The position numbers and the translations under genes were made by a program. The notes under the pieces are model-generated. The model was not told the origin of the DNA. It saw nothing but the letters and a program-made list of their open reading frames with translations, and ran no database searches. From Scyliorhinus canicula (taxonomy: Eukaryota): a stretch of 64,000 nt of DNA. The stretch is taken from positions 112,397,877 to 112,461,876 of the forward strand of contig NC_052159.1 in the NCBI RefSeq assembly GCF_902713615.1, given 5' to 3'. This document shows, piece after piece, positions 39,568 to 51,249 of the stretch (its first letter is position 1; every line of letters starts with the position of its first letter).

Positions 39568-39801
39568 TGTGTGTTTACGCCAATGCAGAATTCGTGGATT
39601 TAACATCATCAAAACTGGCGCCGCATCTGGACCGATTCTGCTACTTTTGAGGGGCTGGAACCGGCGCCATATGGGACACCATCGATTCTAATAACAAACG
39701 GTGCCGGATTTGCCGATTCCACGATTTACACTCAGGAGGCTGACAAGCTGCAGCTGCATATACACACTTCACTCCCCACATACACTATCCCAGCCAACAA
39801 G

Positions 39802-40925
39802 ATGACAGCAAGGAGAATGGCACTCTGTTTCACCAACGCCAAGCAGCAGACCCTCCTAGATGCTGTGAAGGATGGGAGGGTAACCCTGTACCCCAGCCTG
39901 GGAAGGAGGCAACCAGCTGTCGCCGTTCGTCATGCTTGGGCACAGGTGGCAGAGATGGTCAGCGCCACGAGTAACACCGTCCGGATCTCCCAGTAGTGCT
40001 GGAAGAAACTGCGCAACCTCCTCGGGGTGGCCAGGGTGTGTAGGCAACACTGTGCCCCTGGCACTAACCCATGCCCACACAGCCGTAATTGTACCACCCA
40101 CCCGGAGGGCGGCCGAACCCCCACTGTGGAACACATGCCGGCACCCATACTGCCCGCGAAGGCCAGGTATCCTGGCCAGCAGGTGGAGGTAGGTATACTC
40201 GAGGGGGCAGACGGTTGGAGGGAAGGCCAACCCGAGGAAGTAGTTGCCGTCCAGACAGGTTTTGGGTTTCTGGAACAAACAGTCCCATCAATAGTGGAGA
40301 TGCAGTCGCAGAGCCAAGGATTACATGAAGGGTTGTCAGCGAACATCCAGCACCTGGAGGTCCAATTGGAGAAGTCTAACTGCATGCAGGAGCGGGAGGT
40401 GGTGCCGACAATGCATGACACCCATGCCAACACTGCACGCCACCCATGCCAACACTGCACGGGTGGCGTCCGCGGTGGAGAAATTGGGGAGTTAGTTTCG
40501 GCAATGGATCAATATGTCCAAGGCCTGGGGCATTCTGTGCAGACGCTGGCCGAGGCGCAAGACAGGATTGGCACCTCACAGGCGACTCTGTCCCAGAGCC
40601 ACCTGGATATCGCAGTGGAGCTTCTCAGCATGGCCCAGTCACAGCAGGTCATCGCTGGGAATGTCGGTGGCATTGCCAACGTGCTGGCTGACATGGCGCA
40701 GACAGAGGGAGATGGGAGAGGGAGTCTCAAAGGAAGATGACGCCATCACTGGCTGATATGACACAAACCCAGAAGGTGATGGCACAGTCAAATGGTGATG
40801 TGGCGCAGTCCCAGATGGAGATGTTCCACTCCCTGTGCTCCATGTCTGCGAGCGTGCAGACCCTGGTCGAGACCAGAGCGGGCCTCCAGGACTGGCAGTG
40901 TCAGGTGGCAGGCCTCAGGGGTTAA
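39802..40925 (+). pseudogene. Harbinger Myb/SANT-like DNA-binding protein (broken)
   Basis: FTNAKQQTLLDAVKDGRVTLYP...AWAQVAEMVSA...Q*CWKKLRNL followed by a heptad-rich C-terminal part. Confidence 0.75.
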
Positions 40926-41696
40926 CTACATTCATACCGTCACCCCATGGATGACCACAGGGGTCATTGGAAACCCCGAGGGAGTAGGAGGTGATAGGGC
41001 CTGTGCCGGTGACACCCACAGGGGAGGCTCCGGAATACTACAGCACATTGGATACCCCCCTCCCTGTCTCTGGTGCATCTGGTGGGCAGTGAGCAGAACG
41101 GGGTGGCACCATGTCACCCAGGACATCTGAACAGCAGCCTGGTCCATCCAGGTCCGGTCACTCCAGAAGACACCCACATATGGGGTCCCAGGTCGCAATG
41201 CGGGAAGCATAGCAGATGCCTCCACTCCTGCTGTACAGTCTGGGGAACCACCTAGACGTAACTGATGTGTTGGCTAGTGCAGGCTTGAGAGATGAACAGA
41301 CACTTCCAACACTGTTGAAGGTTCAACTCAATTTTATTAACTACTTCTAACTAACTAACTAACACACGATGACTGTGGGTCGAAATAATGCGAACTTGAA
41401 CTAGAGACCTAAGCCTTGTCCGAACCAGTTGATTCTCTCAGCACGTGATCTAAGTCCGTGCTGGGCTGAATAAGTTCCTGTTACACTCAGAGGCAGCACC
41501 CAGAATGAGCGGGAACCGTGGTGCCCTCTGCCTTTATAGTGTGTGTATTCTAACAGGTGATTGGCTGTGGTGTTTGTACATGTTGATTGGTCCCTGTGTG
41601 TGTCCATCAGTGTGTGTCTGCAACATGATATACTGGTGTATATTACAGTAAGAAGTCTTACAACACCAGGTTAAAGTCCAACAGGTTTGTTTCAAA

Positions 41697-41731
41697 CACG
41701 AGCTTTCGGAGCACGGCTCCTTCTTCAGGTG
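41697..41731 (-). ncRNA. Mirror copy of the minimal hammerhead motif
   Basis: Exact reverse complement of 42504-42538. Confidence 0.75.
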
Positions 41732-42503
41732 AATGGAAAGGCTTGTTCCAGAAATGTTTATATAGACACAGTCAGAGATGCCCCGGAATGCGAGCACCTG
41801 CAGGCAATCAAATCATCAAAGATGCAGAGAGAGAGGTAACTCCAGGTTAAAGAGGTGTGAATTGTCCCAAGCCAGTTCAGTCGGTAGGCCTCTGCAAGTC
41901 CAGGCTTGTTGGTGGGGGCCGAATGTAATGCGACATGAATCCCAGATCCCGGTTGAGTCCGCATTCATGCGTGCGGAACTTAGCTATAAGTTTTTGCTCA
42001 GCAATTTTGCGTTGTCGCGTCTCCTGAAGGCCTCCTTGTAGAATGCTGACCCGGAGATCAGAGGCTGAATGTCCTTGACTGCTGAAGTGTTCCCCAACTG
42101 GAAGGGAACAGTCCTGCCTGTTGATAGTCCCTTCCAGTTGGGGAACACTTCAGCAGTCAAGGACATTCAGCCTCTGATCTCCGGGTCAGCATTCTACAAG
42201 GAGGCCTTCAGGAGACGCGACAATGCAAAATTGCTGAGCAAAAACTTATAGCTAAGTTCCGCACGCATGAATGCGGACTCAACCGGGATCTGGGATTCAT
42301 GTCGCATTACATTCGGCCCCCACCAACAAGCCTGGACTTGCAGAGGCCTACCGACTGAACTGGCTTGGGACAATTCACACCTCTTTAACCTGGAGTTACC
42401 TCTCTCTCTGCATCTTTGATGATTTGATTGCCTGCAGGTGCTCGCATTCCGGGGCATCTCTGACTGTGTCTATATAAACATTTCTGGAACAAGCCTTTCC
42501 ATT

Positions 42504-42538
42504 CACCTGAAGAAGGAGCCGTGCTCCGAAAGCTCGTG
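42504..42538 (+). ncRNA. Minimal type I hammerhead ribozyme motif (PLE-associated)
   Basis: CAC-CTGAAGA-A-GGAGC(CGT)GCTCC-GAAA-GCTC-GTG: catalytic core, 5-bp stem II, palindromic AGCT stem III, CAC/GTG stem I. Confidence 0.75.
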
Positions 42539-45500
42539 TTTGAAACAAACCTGTTGGACTTTAACCTGGTGTTGTAAGACTTCTTACTGTGCTCACCCCA
42601 GTCCAACGCCGGCATCTCCACATCATGGTGTATATTATGACATCCCTCCTTTTATAAAAAAATGTTGATCCAGGCATGTGATAATAAATAATGTGGGTGT
42701 GTGGAGAATGTACCTAGCTACGTGTGAGATGCGAAGACATATGTGCAAAGCTATATACAGGGAACAAGACTATTTACAGAGGAAGGTGCCTAGTGCAGAT
42801 GACTACCATCAACTGGAACAACCAACAAATCTATTTACAAATCACTGGATAACGAATAAATCTATTTGCAAATCACTGGATAATGAATGCAACAATAAAG
42901 GATATAGGAAAAAAAAACATTTCAGGGGAGTCCACTTGTGTGCAGAGTTCATAAGTTCAGTCTCTGAGGTGGGTGACAAACTCTGGTTGACCGCCTCAAG
43001 GGTGGGGCAATGGCTGGCGCATCAGGAGCCGGGAGGGCTGCAGCACTGTCAGGGGCAGGCAGAGTGACCGGAAGCGCCACACAGTCCACGGCAGGATCAG
43101 TTGGTCGGAGGATCCCGTGACGACCCTGGAACCAGGCGAAGAGCACGCCTGTGCGGCGCCGAATGGATCAACCCGGTAGGTGGACCAGGAAGGAGCGGGG
43201 GGCCACCTGCTTTAGAACGACAGCAGACGCAGACCAGCCACCATCCGGGAGGTGGATGCGAACATTGTCGCGTGGATGGATGTCAGGAAGGTGAGCAGCC
43301 CGTGAGTCGTAGGAAGATTTCTGCTGCAGTTGAGACGTGTGCATGCGGTGGAGCACGGGGACATGGTCGAGGTTGAGTGCAAGAATTGATGGCATCGTCG
43401 TTCTGAGGGTGCGGTTCATTAGCAGCTGAGCAGGCGACAGGCTGGTGGAGAGCGGCGCAGAGTGATATGCCAGCAGAGCAAGATGGAAATCTGAGCCGGC
43501 GTCGGCGGCCTTGCTGAGGAGCCGCTTAACAAAGTGGACCCCCTTTCCGCCTTCCCATTGGATTGGGGGTATAGGGGACTGGACGTAACGTGCTCGAAGT
43601 TGTAGTGCCGGGCGAAGCCGGCCCATTCCTGGCTCGCGAAACAGGGGCTGTTGTCTGACATGACCGTCAGCGGAATGCCATGTCGGGCAAATGTCTCCTT
43701 ACACGCCTTGATCACAGCCGAGGATGTGAGATCGTGCAGCCTGTGACCTCCGGGTAACTGGGGAAGTAGTCGATGATGATGACGTAGTCCCTGCCCAATG
43801 CGTGGAACAAGTCGATGCCCACTTTGGTCCAAGGCGACGTGACGAGCTCATGGGGCATCAGGGTCTCCCGTTGTTGGGCGGGCTGAAAACGCTGGCAGGT
43901 CGAGCAATTACCATCATTGGTGATGTCATCATTGATGCCCGGCCATTAGACGGCTTCTCTGGCCCTGCGGCGGCATGTCTCGATGCCTAAGTGTCCTTCA
44001 TGGACTTGCTCCAACACTAGCTGGCGCATGCTTTGTGAGAAGACGATGCAATCAAATTTCATGAGCACCCCGTCGACGACCGGCAGGTCATCGCAGACAT
44101 TGTAAAATTGCGGGCATTGGCCCTTGTGCCACCCGTCCGACATTCGGCGCATCACCCACTGCAGAAGTGGATCAGCCGCTGTCTCGCGGCGAATTTGCAT
44201 CAGTCGTGCATCCGTAGCTGGCAAATGGGAGGCTGCAAACTGGACATCACTCAAGTCCTTTTTGATAATATTTACAAGTGGGCGGTGGTCGGTTTCAACC
44301 GTGAACTGTGGAAGTCCATAGACGTAGTCGTGGAACTTCACGACTCCAGTGAGAAGGCTGAGACACTCTTTCTCGATTTGCGCATAGCGCTGCTCTGTTG
44401 GAGTCATCGCCCGCGACGCATACGCAATGGGGGCCCATGACTAGGCCTCGTCTCGTTGCAGGAGCACAGCACCAGTGCCTGACTGACTGGCACCAGTAGA
44501 GATTTTGGTCTCTTTGGTCGGGTTGAAAAAAGCCAACACTGGGGCCGTGGATAGCTTGGCCTTCAGCTCCTGCCATTCACGCTCATGAGCACGGGGCCAT
44601 CAGAAATCTGTGGTTTTGCGAATCAGGTCTCTGAGGGCCGTGGTGTATGAGGCGAGATTCAGGATGAACTTCCTGAGGAAATTCACCATACCCAGGAACC
44701 GGAGGACCGCTTTCTTGTCCTCGTGCGTCTTCATGGCCGTGATCGCTGCAATCTTATCCTCGTCCGGACGCACCCCCCTGGTGGGAGATGTGATCCCCCA
44801 GAAACTTGATACTTAACTGGCCGAAGGAGCATTTGGCCCTATTGAGGTGGAGCCCGTGTTCGTGGATGCACCTGAAAACACGCTTAAAGCAGGCAATGTG
44901 TTCCTGCGGGTTGGTTGACCAGATAATAATGTAATTGACATATACCTGGACGCCTTCGATCCCCTCCGTCATCTGCTCCATGATCTGGTGGAAAACTTCG
45001 GATGCAGAGATGATGCCGAATGGCATCCGGTTGTAGAAGAACCTGCCAAAGGGTGTGTTGAACGTACACAGCTTCCTGCTTGACTCATCTAGTTGGATCT
45101 GCCAGAAACCCTTCGAGGCATCCAGTTTGGGGAATAGCTTGGCGTGGGCCATCTCGGACGTGAGTTCTTCCCGTTTCGGAATCGGGTAGTGCTCCCGCAT
45201 GATATTCTGATTTAAATCTTTAGGATCAATACATATCTGCAGCTCGCCGGACGGCTTCTTCACGCAGACCATTGAGCTTACCCAGTCTGTGGGTTCCGTG
45301 ACCCTGGAAATGACTCCTTGGTCCTGGAGGTCCTGGAGCTGTTGCTTGAGGCGGTCCTTGAGGGGCGCTGGGACTCTGCTAGGTGCGTGAACGACAGGTG
45401 TGGCGTTGGGCTTGAGTAAGATTTTGTACGTGTAGGGGAGCGTGCCCGTGCCTTCGAAAACATCATGGTATTGTTGGATGATGGAGTCGAGTTGTGCCCT

Positions 45501-47025
45501 GAAGTCTGCGACAGAGGATGCCGGCACATCGCTTGAAGAGAGAGCGAGTGTACTCTCTGCACTAAGTGGAGCAGCTTGCATGCCTGCGCACCAAGCAAGG
45601 AGGCTTTTGAGGCAGCAACAATCTCGAACGGGAGAATGACTGTGTGAGCACGATGTGTCACCTCAAGGCGGCAGGAGCCACTGGCGGCGATGGCATTGCC
45701 ATTGTAGTCCAGCAATTTACGCGCAGATGGCAGGACAGCAGTCTATACGCAAAGTTTGCAAAAATCAGACACTGCGATGAGATTGGCAGAAGCGCCAGTG
45801 TCCAGGCGGAACCTGACAGGGGACCGGTTGACCATAAGGGTGGCACACCACTCACCATCCTGGCTGACACTGTGGACATGGACAGGTTCAGTGCCATGCT
45901 TGGGGGACATCCTGTTATTAGTAATGACGCTGATTTGGAACGGAACCTGTGGGTCATTGCAGGCATTGTCGGAGTCAAGGTGTGGAGTAGGTTAATTGAT
46001 GGCAGGCTGGATAGCCCTGACGTCTCTGTGGGGCTGGGTGGACCTTCGAAAAGCAGCAGGCATGGAAGATCTGCACATTGCAGCGTAGTGGCCTCGTTTG
46101 CCACACTGCAGGCAGCGTTGAGACTTCGTGGGTCATTGGCGCTTTAAGTGGGCGGAGTCGCAGTTGCCGCATGCCGGAGCGTCGGGACGTTTGTCGCGCC
46201 ATCGCGCATGCACGGGGCAATCCAGCGTAGCGCGCACTTGCGCGAAGTGGTCCATGACATCAGCACGCTCGCTGCGTGTGAGCGCAGGATTCTGCGAAAA
46301 GCATGCGAAATGGCCGCCATCGTTCAGATCCAGAGCCTGAAGAGATTTTCTCATTTGGACCCGCTCTGCCTCGTAGGGGGCTTGCCGCGCCGTTTCAGCG
46401 GCCTGGATGCAGGAGTAGCGCGTGGAGGCATGTTCATGAAGTACACAGGTCTCAATGGCCGTAGAGAGAGTCAGCTGCTTTACTTTTTGTAGCTGCTGGC
46501 GCAGGGGCTCAGATTGAACACCAAAAACAATCTGGTCACGGAGCATGGAGTCAGAGGTGGACCCATAGTTGCAGGACTGCGCAAGGACGCGGAGGTGGGT
46601 AATAAAGGATTGGAAAGGCTCGTCCTTACCCTGAGTTCGCTGCTAAAACATGTATCTCTCGAAGCTCTCGTTGTCCTCGATCGCGCAGTGGCTGTTGAAC
46701 TTCAGAATTATGGTCTTGAACTTCGATTTGTCCTCCCCCTCATCGAAGGTGAGCGAGTTGTAGATGTGCAGAGCGTGGTCACCGGCTGTGAAGAGGAAGA
46801 GAGCAATCTTACATGCATCCGAGGCAGATTCCAGGTCCCTGGCTTTGAGGTACAGCTGGAAGCGCTGTTTGAAAAGTTTCCAGTTGGAGCCCAGATTCCC
46901 TGCAATGCGGAGAGGCGGCAGCGGGCTAACGGAGTCCATTCTGTAGGATGGCGCGAGACTGGTGAAAGGCAGATCACTGAAGGGTAGGTCTCAGAAGTGC
47001 GAGCATTCCTCAACTCCTGGTATCA

Positions 47026-47413
47026 TGATGTGTTGGCTAGTGTAGGCTTGAGAGATGAACAGACACTTCCAACGCTGATGAGGGTTCAACTCAATTTTAT
47101 TAACTACTTCTAACTAATTAACTAACACAGGATGACTGTGGGTCGAAATGATGCTAACTTGAACTAGAGACGTAAGCCTTGTCCGAACCAGTTGATTCTC
47201 TCAGCACGTGTTGTGAGTCCGTGCTGGGCTGGATGAGTTCTTGTTACACCCAGAGGCAGCACCCAGAATGAGCGGGAACCGTGGTGCCCTCTGCCTTTAT
47301 AGTGTGTGTATTCTAACTGGTGATTGGCTGCGGTGTTTGTACATGTTGATTGGTCCCTGTGTGTGTCCATCAATGTGTGTCTGCACCATAATATATTGGT
47401 ATATATTATGACA
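47026..47413 (-). repeat. 5' LTR of the Gypsy element
   Basis: TG...CA; about 94% identical to the 3' LTR by manual count (~23 differences in 388 bp). Confidence 0.95.
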
Positions 47414-47899
47414 GTAACATCAGGGCCGAAAAGGCCAAGAAGTTAGACACTGGTTAAATTGGAATGGATGCAGGGCACAGTTTAGTTAAAGGGGTTAGGG
47501 CACAAATCTGTGTATATTTGTTCACATTAAATACCTGTTACAACCTGCCTCCCTGCTCTGTCCGATGGGTGTGAGGGTGGGCTGGTCTAGGCTGGCTGGG
47601 GGTGGGGTTGGGATGGGTGGCCGTTGAGGGTGAAATGGGTGGACTGTGTAGGTTACCTGGGCTCCATACCCACACCCCCCGACCGGCCCTATCACTGCCA
47701 ACCCAGGGATTCAATGGGACGGTGTGATGCAGTGGCCAGCTTGCATGCAAGGATCATCCAGCTGGATGGTGGAAAGTGCTACTGTGGCAGGAGTCAGACA
47801 TTGTCAAGTGATGTGGAGCACCAGAGCTCATCGCAGGATGGGTTGTCATCATCCTCCATCCCAAGGACCAGGCCAGCTGTTACTGCCAACCCAGGGTCC

Positions 47900-49330
47900 C
47901 ACCCCCGTAGTACGACAGGTATATATTACAGAAGGAATTGCAGGCGGGGGTAGGGATGCGCTGTCCATGCCCTGTGAAGTCCCCTCTCTACCAACCCCAC
48001 CCCCTCCCAGTCGCTGAACCTGGAGATGATCAGAGAGTCTCGTGCGTGTAGGCCCTGGTGCACACATCATGTGACCTCCCGTGCCTGCCTGGTCACCATG
48101 TCCTGCCCATCCTCGCCCTCTTCTGCATCCTCCCCATCTGACAAAGCCTGGCGTTATTCCTCCTCTCCTTTGCTGCGTGATGTTGTGGAGGACACAGCAA
48201 GTTGCCACGATGCAGGTAGCCCTCTCAGTGCTATATTGGAGGGACCCTCCAGAGTGGTTCAGGCACCTGGACTGCATCTTCAGGAGGCCGAAGCGCCGCT
48301 CTATCATGGACCTGGTGCTGCATGGGCGTCGTATGGTAGGTTTCGGCGTCAGGTCTATGGCCTCCGGATAGATGTCATCAGCCATGACTACAGTGGATGA
48401 CCCCTGTCGCCCAGGTGCCAGCCCCCCTCCAGCCAGGAAGGCATCTCAAACATGTCATGAATCGTCAAGTGTGCCAGGATGAAGGTGTTGTGTATCATGC
48501 TCGGGTATTGGGTGCTAACATGTATGATCCGTAGCTGATGATCATATATCAGCTGCACATGAAGAACCGCCTGTCACCTGCAGGTGCTCGTAGGGGAACA
48601 TGCATCCCGTCGATCATCCCCTGGACCAGGTGCAACACGGCAATGGCGGCGAACTCCATTGCCTAGGCATCATGATGGGCTCTGTCTACATTGAAGTGGA
48701 TGTATTGAGCCACCTGGACATATACGGGAGACTCCTTGAAAATGCACCTGTGCACCGAGCTTTGTGAGCTCCTGAACAGGTCCCCACTCAGCGCCTGAAA
48801 AGTCCCGGTTGCGTAAACTTTCAGGGTTACCTCACCGTGACGGTTACCTGGAGCGGGTGCCCTCCCCCAAATCCCCAAGGTGCTAGGTGTGCCATCATCT
48901 ATTAGATATGTTGCACTGTCTCTCTGCTTAGCCAGTCTGGCAGGTCCTCAAATGACTAAGCAGTGCTGGTACACATGGGGCCCCATGCGGCGCCGTCTTG
49001 ACATCTCCTCCTTCTTGGCTTGTTGGGCAGCCGCCTCTCCAACCTGGATGGCTGCCACCTGCTCCTCTGCGACACGCTCTGCTGCTGCATGCCCTGCTGT
49101 TGCAGCTTTCTCCTCCAGCTTTAGGAAATGAAATGAAAATCGCTTATTGTCACGAGTAGGCTTCAATGAAGTTACTGTGAAAAGCCCCTAGTCGCCACAT
49201 TCCGGCGCCTGTCCGGGGAGGCTGATACGGAAGCGCCCACTTGTACAGCTGCAGGGCATCCCCCAGGGCTGTGGCAACTGGGAGTAATGTCACCATTGCT
49301 GGTTGAATTCCAATATCTATTGTCTGCAGG
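47900..49330 (-). pseudogene. Harbinger DDE transposase (broken)
   Basis: LKVYATGTFQ...SQSSVHRCI and IERRFGLLKMQSRCLNHSGGSLQY...CCVLHNI; SINE tail inserted at ~49125-49226. Confidence 0.85.
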
Positions 49331-50866
49331 AGGTGAAAGGCCGACATGTTAGCATGGTGCATACCTCTGTTCCCAACCAGGTCCAATGGGCTGCATGACG
49401 GCCCCAGTTGGCACTGTGGGCTTTTCCCCCGCATGTCCCTCCCTCAACCCCCTCGCACTCCTGGCCCCAACAGTGGCCGGCACCGTGGGAGCCTCTGGCC
49501 CTGGCGCCCCTCCCTAGTACACCTGCCACGTACCGTTGGCTGGCACTGCCCTCACCATGGGTATGCACCGAGGCTCCCATAGGGGCTACTGTTGGTGTTG
49601 CCCTGGGTGGACCGCCAGTCGGTGGTGGCTGGGTGTGGGATGTGACAGAGAGATGATGTTGTGGTGGGTGGGAGGAAGGGGCCACCCATATGGCCAGTGC
49701 CACTCTGCAGAACCAGGAGCTAAGGTGGGTGTAAGTGGGTGTGCAGCAAAATGGTCGTGGTAATGGCGGTCCGTGCCTGGACACTGCCACAGTTCCGTGG
49801 GGGAGTCACCTTGGCCATCCGGCCTACTGCCCCTGCCCCCCCCCCCCCCTCCCCCGACCCTGGCAGGTCTCCCTCCATCCCAGCAGTCCCCAGTCGCGCC
49901 TCTCTGGGTCCTACCTCCTCTCTCTCACTCCCTCATCAGCCACCACACTAGTTCCACGATTTTTGAAAGCACAAGTGAAGTGTGCTGCCAGGACTCGGCC
50001 CATCCGAAATGGAGAATCTCGGCATCCCGGAAAATATTGAGTGGGGCCCACGAATGATATGCAAATGATGTTTCCAGTACGTGTGTTCCGGTACGTGTTA
50101 ACGCCACTGTCGAAGTGACGGAGAATCGTGATTTTGCTACCATCTGGAAGCAGTGTCAGTTCTTTCTCAGGCTCTGCATATATTTTGTTGGAATAGAGTA
50201 TTCTACAGTTTTGAAATGGTATCTTGTATTATTTAATGCTGCCTATATAAACCTCCCGCTGATGATGTTTAAGTGGCCCATTAAGACAAATCCATTGTTT
50301 TTACATGACATCATAGCATTGAGGTAGATTCCTTTCTTTTCTCTGCCTGGGCCTGAGATGCCCATGTCAGTCATACTCGGCTTTTGAGGGGCAGGAGCTT
50401 GATTTGGCAGAGTGTCCAGTACAGGGATGCTTTGGCAAGAGAAATAAGGATCTGCCACAGGCAGGGTGATGCCTTCTCAACATATCCAGGTTTCGTCTAA
50501 ATAGGCAGACAAGCTGCCATTGCAGAAACTGACACCTCATGGCATCTGTTGATTTTACTGGTCTCACATCACTGTCTTCTGTCTTTCTTCCATGGGGTTA
50601 GCTGCAGAAAGCCACGAACCAGCAGTTAACCAGTCTGCCGGCACAGATACTCGCAACATGATGGGTCACTTAGAATAGTTATCCAGGAAAAAGTCAGAAT
50701 GACTGAAACTAGTTCCAATGCTGGGATTACCATGCTTCTGATTCTCAACTAACACTGACAACCCAATTAGCTCCTGACAGTAGCCCACCCACCCCAACTA
50801 CATCCCCACCAAACATCCACCTACTCCCCAACCTCCAGAACTCTGACTAACCCCTGACCACCCGAT

Positions 50867-51249
50867 TGTGGTGTTCTTTGTGATTCTTGTTCTCAGGATG
50901 GATGTTGTCGTGTTCACAAAGACCATAGAAGCTAAGTTCATTAACAAAGCTAACATTTATTTACATTACATATTAAAGCTCGACCACTTACTCCTATAGT
51001 AAACAGTAATCTAGTAATCTACATTATGTACTCTCTAGTAATCTACAATCTACACTCAACTAACACTAGTCTCTACACTCTATCTATAACTGTGCACTGA
51101 TCTCTCTCATTGCTCCTCTGCTCTCGTCCAGCCTTCTCCCAGAAGTCTGTGAGTCAGTGCTTTATATAGTTCTGCATCTAGCTCCATCTAGTGGTTAATT
51201 ATGATATGACATTAACCTTTTGTATTCTGAACATTCCCATAATGTCACA
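50867..51249 (-). mobile_element. Solo LTR
   Basis: TG...CA termini; TATATAAA and AATAAA on -; flanks CCGAT/CCGAC. Confidence 0.75.

Larger units (their letters stand above)
41646..42625. mobile_element. Penelope-like element, truncated, inverted (fold-back) structure
   Basis: Arms 41646-42107 and 42128-42589, 20-nt spacer, 36-nt unpaired tail. 12-bp TSD TGGTGTATATTA at 41634-41645 and 42626-42637. GIY-YIG C-terminal peptide SLPVGEHF..GHSASDLRVSIL...E..LI..F.TH..GLN at 42128-42358. Confidence 0.9.
41263..47413 (-). mobile_element. Full-length Gypsy LTR retrotransposon (inactivated)
   Basis: 5' LTR 47026-47413; 3' LTR 41263-42642 (interrupted); GTAAC 5-bp TSD; PPT AAAAGGAGGGA. gag (NWKLFKQRF, MLRDQIVFGV, CxxC..H..C), PR (FRLDTGASAN), RT (YVNY in place of YVDD), RH (YAQIEKE, TDHRPL), IN (MSDN, PLYPQSNG). 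Frameshifts. Confidence 0.95.
39568..50133. mobile_element. Degenerate two-gene Harbinger transposon (Myb/SANT ORF on +, transposase on -), split by Gypsy
   Basis: Myb ORF 39802-~40030 and coiled-coil region to ~40900; transposase 47900-49330(-); GGAGAATCG TIR-like end at ~50120-50133; the two halves flank the GTAAC TSD. Confidence 0.75.

Noticed and set aside
41758-42477. Identical ORF pairs on opposite strands (MPRNAST..., MRTQPGS...) as duplicated genes
   Set aside because: They are by-products of the palindrome. The meaningful frame is the ATG-less GIY-YIG C-terminus at 42128-42358.
41646-42589. Palindrome as a pure assembly artefact
   Set aside because: A 12-bp TSD, an asymmetric tail, a CpG-type mismatch between the arms and the LTR resuming afterwards favour a real insertion. 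Read-level confirmation is still advisable.
40419-42888. Small tandem duplications (22-bp period at 40419-40461; ~31-bp unit at 42826-42888)
   Set aside because: Ordinary slippage events inside transposons.
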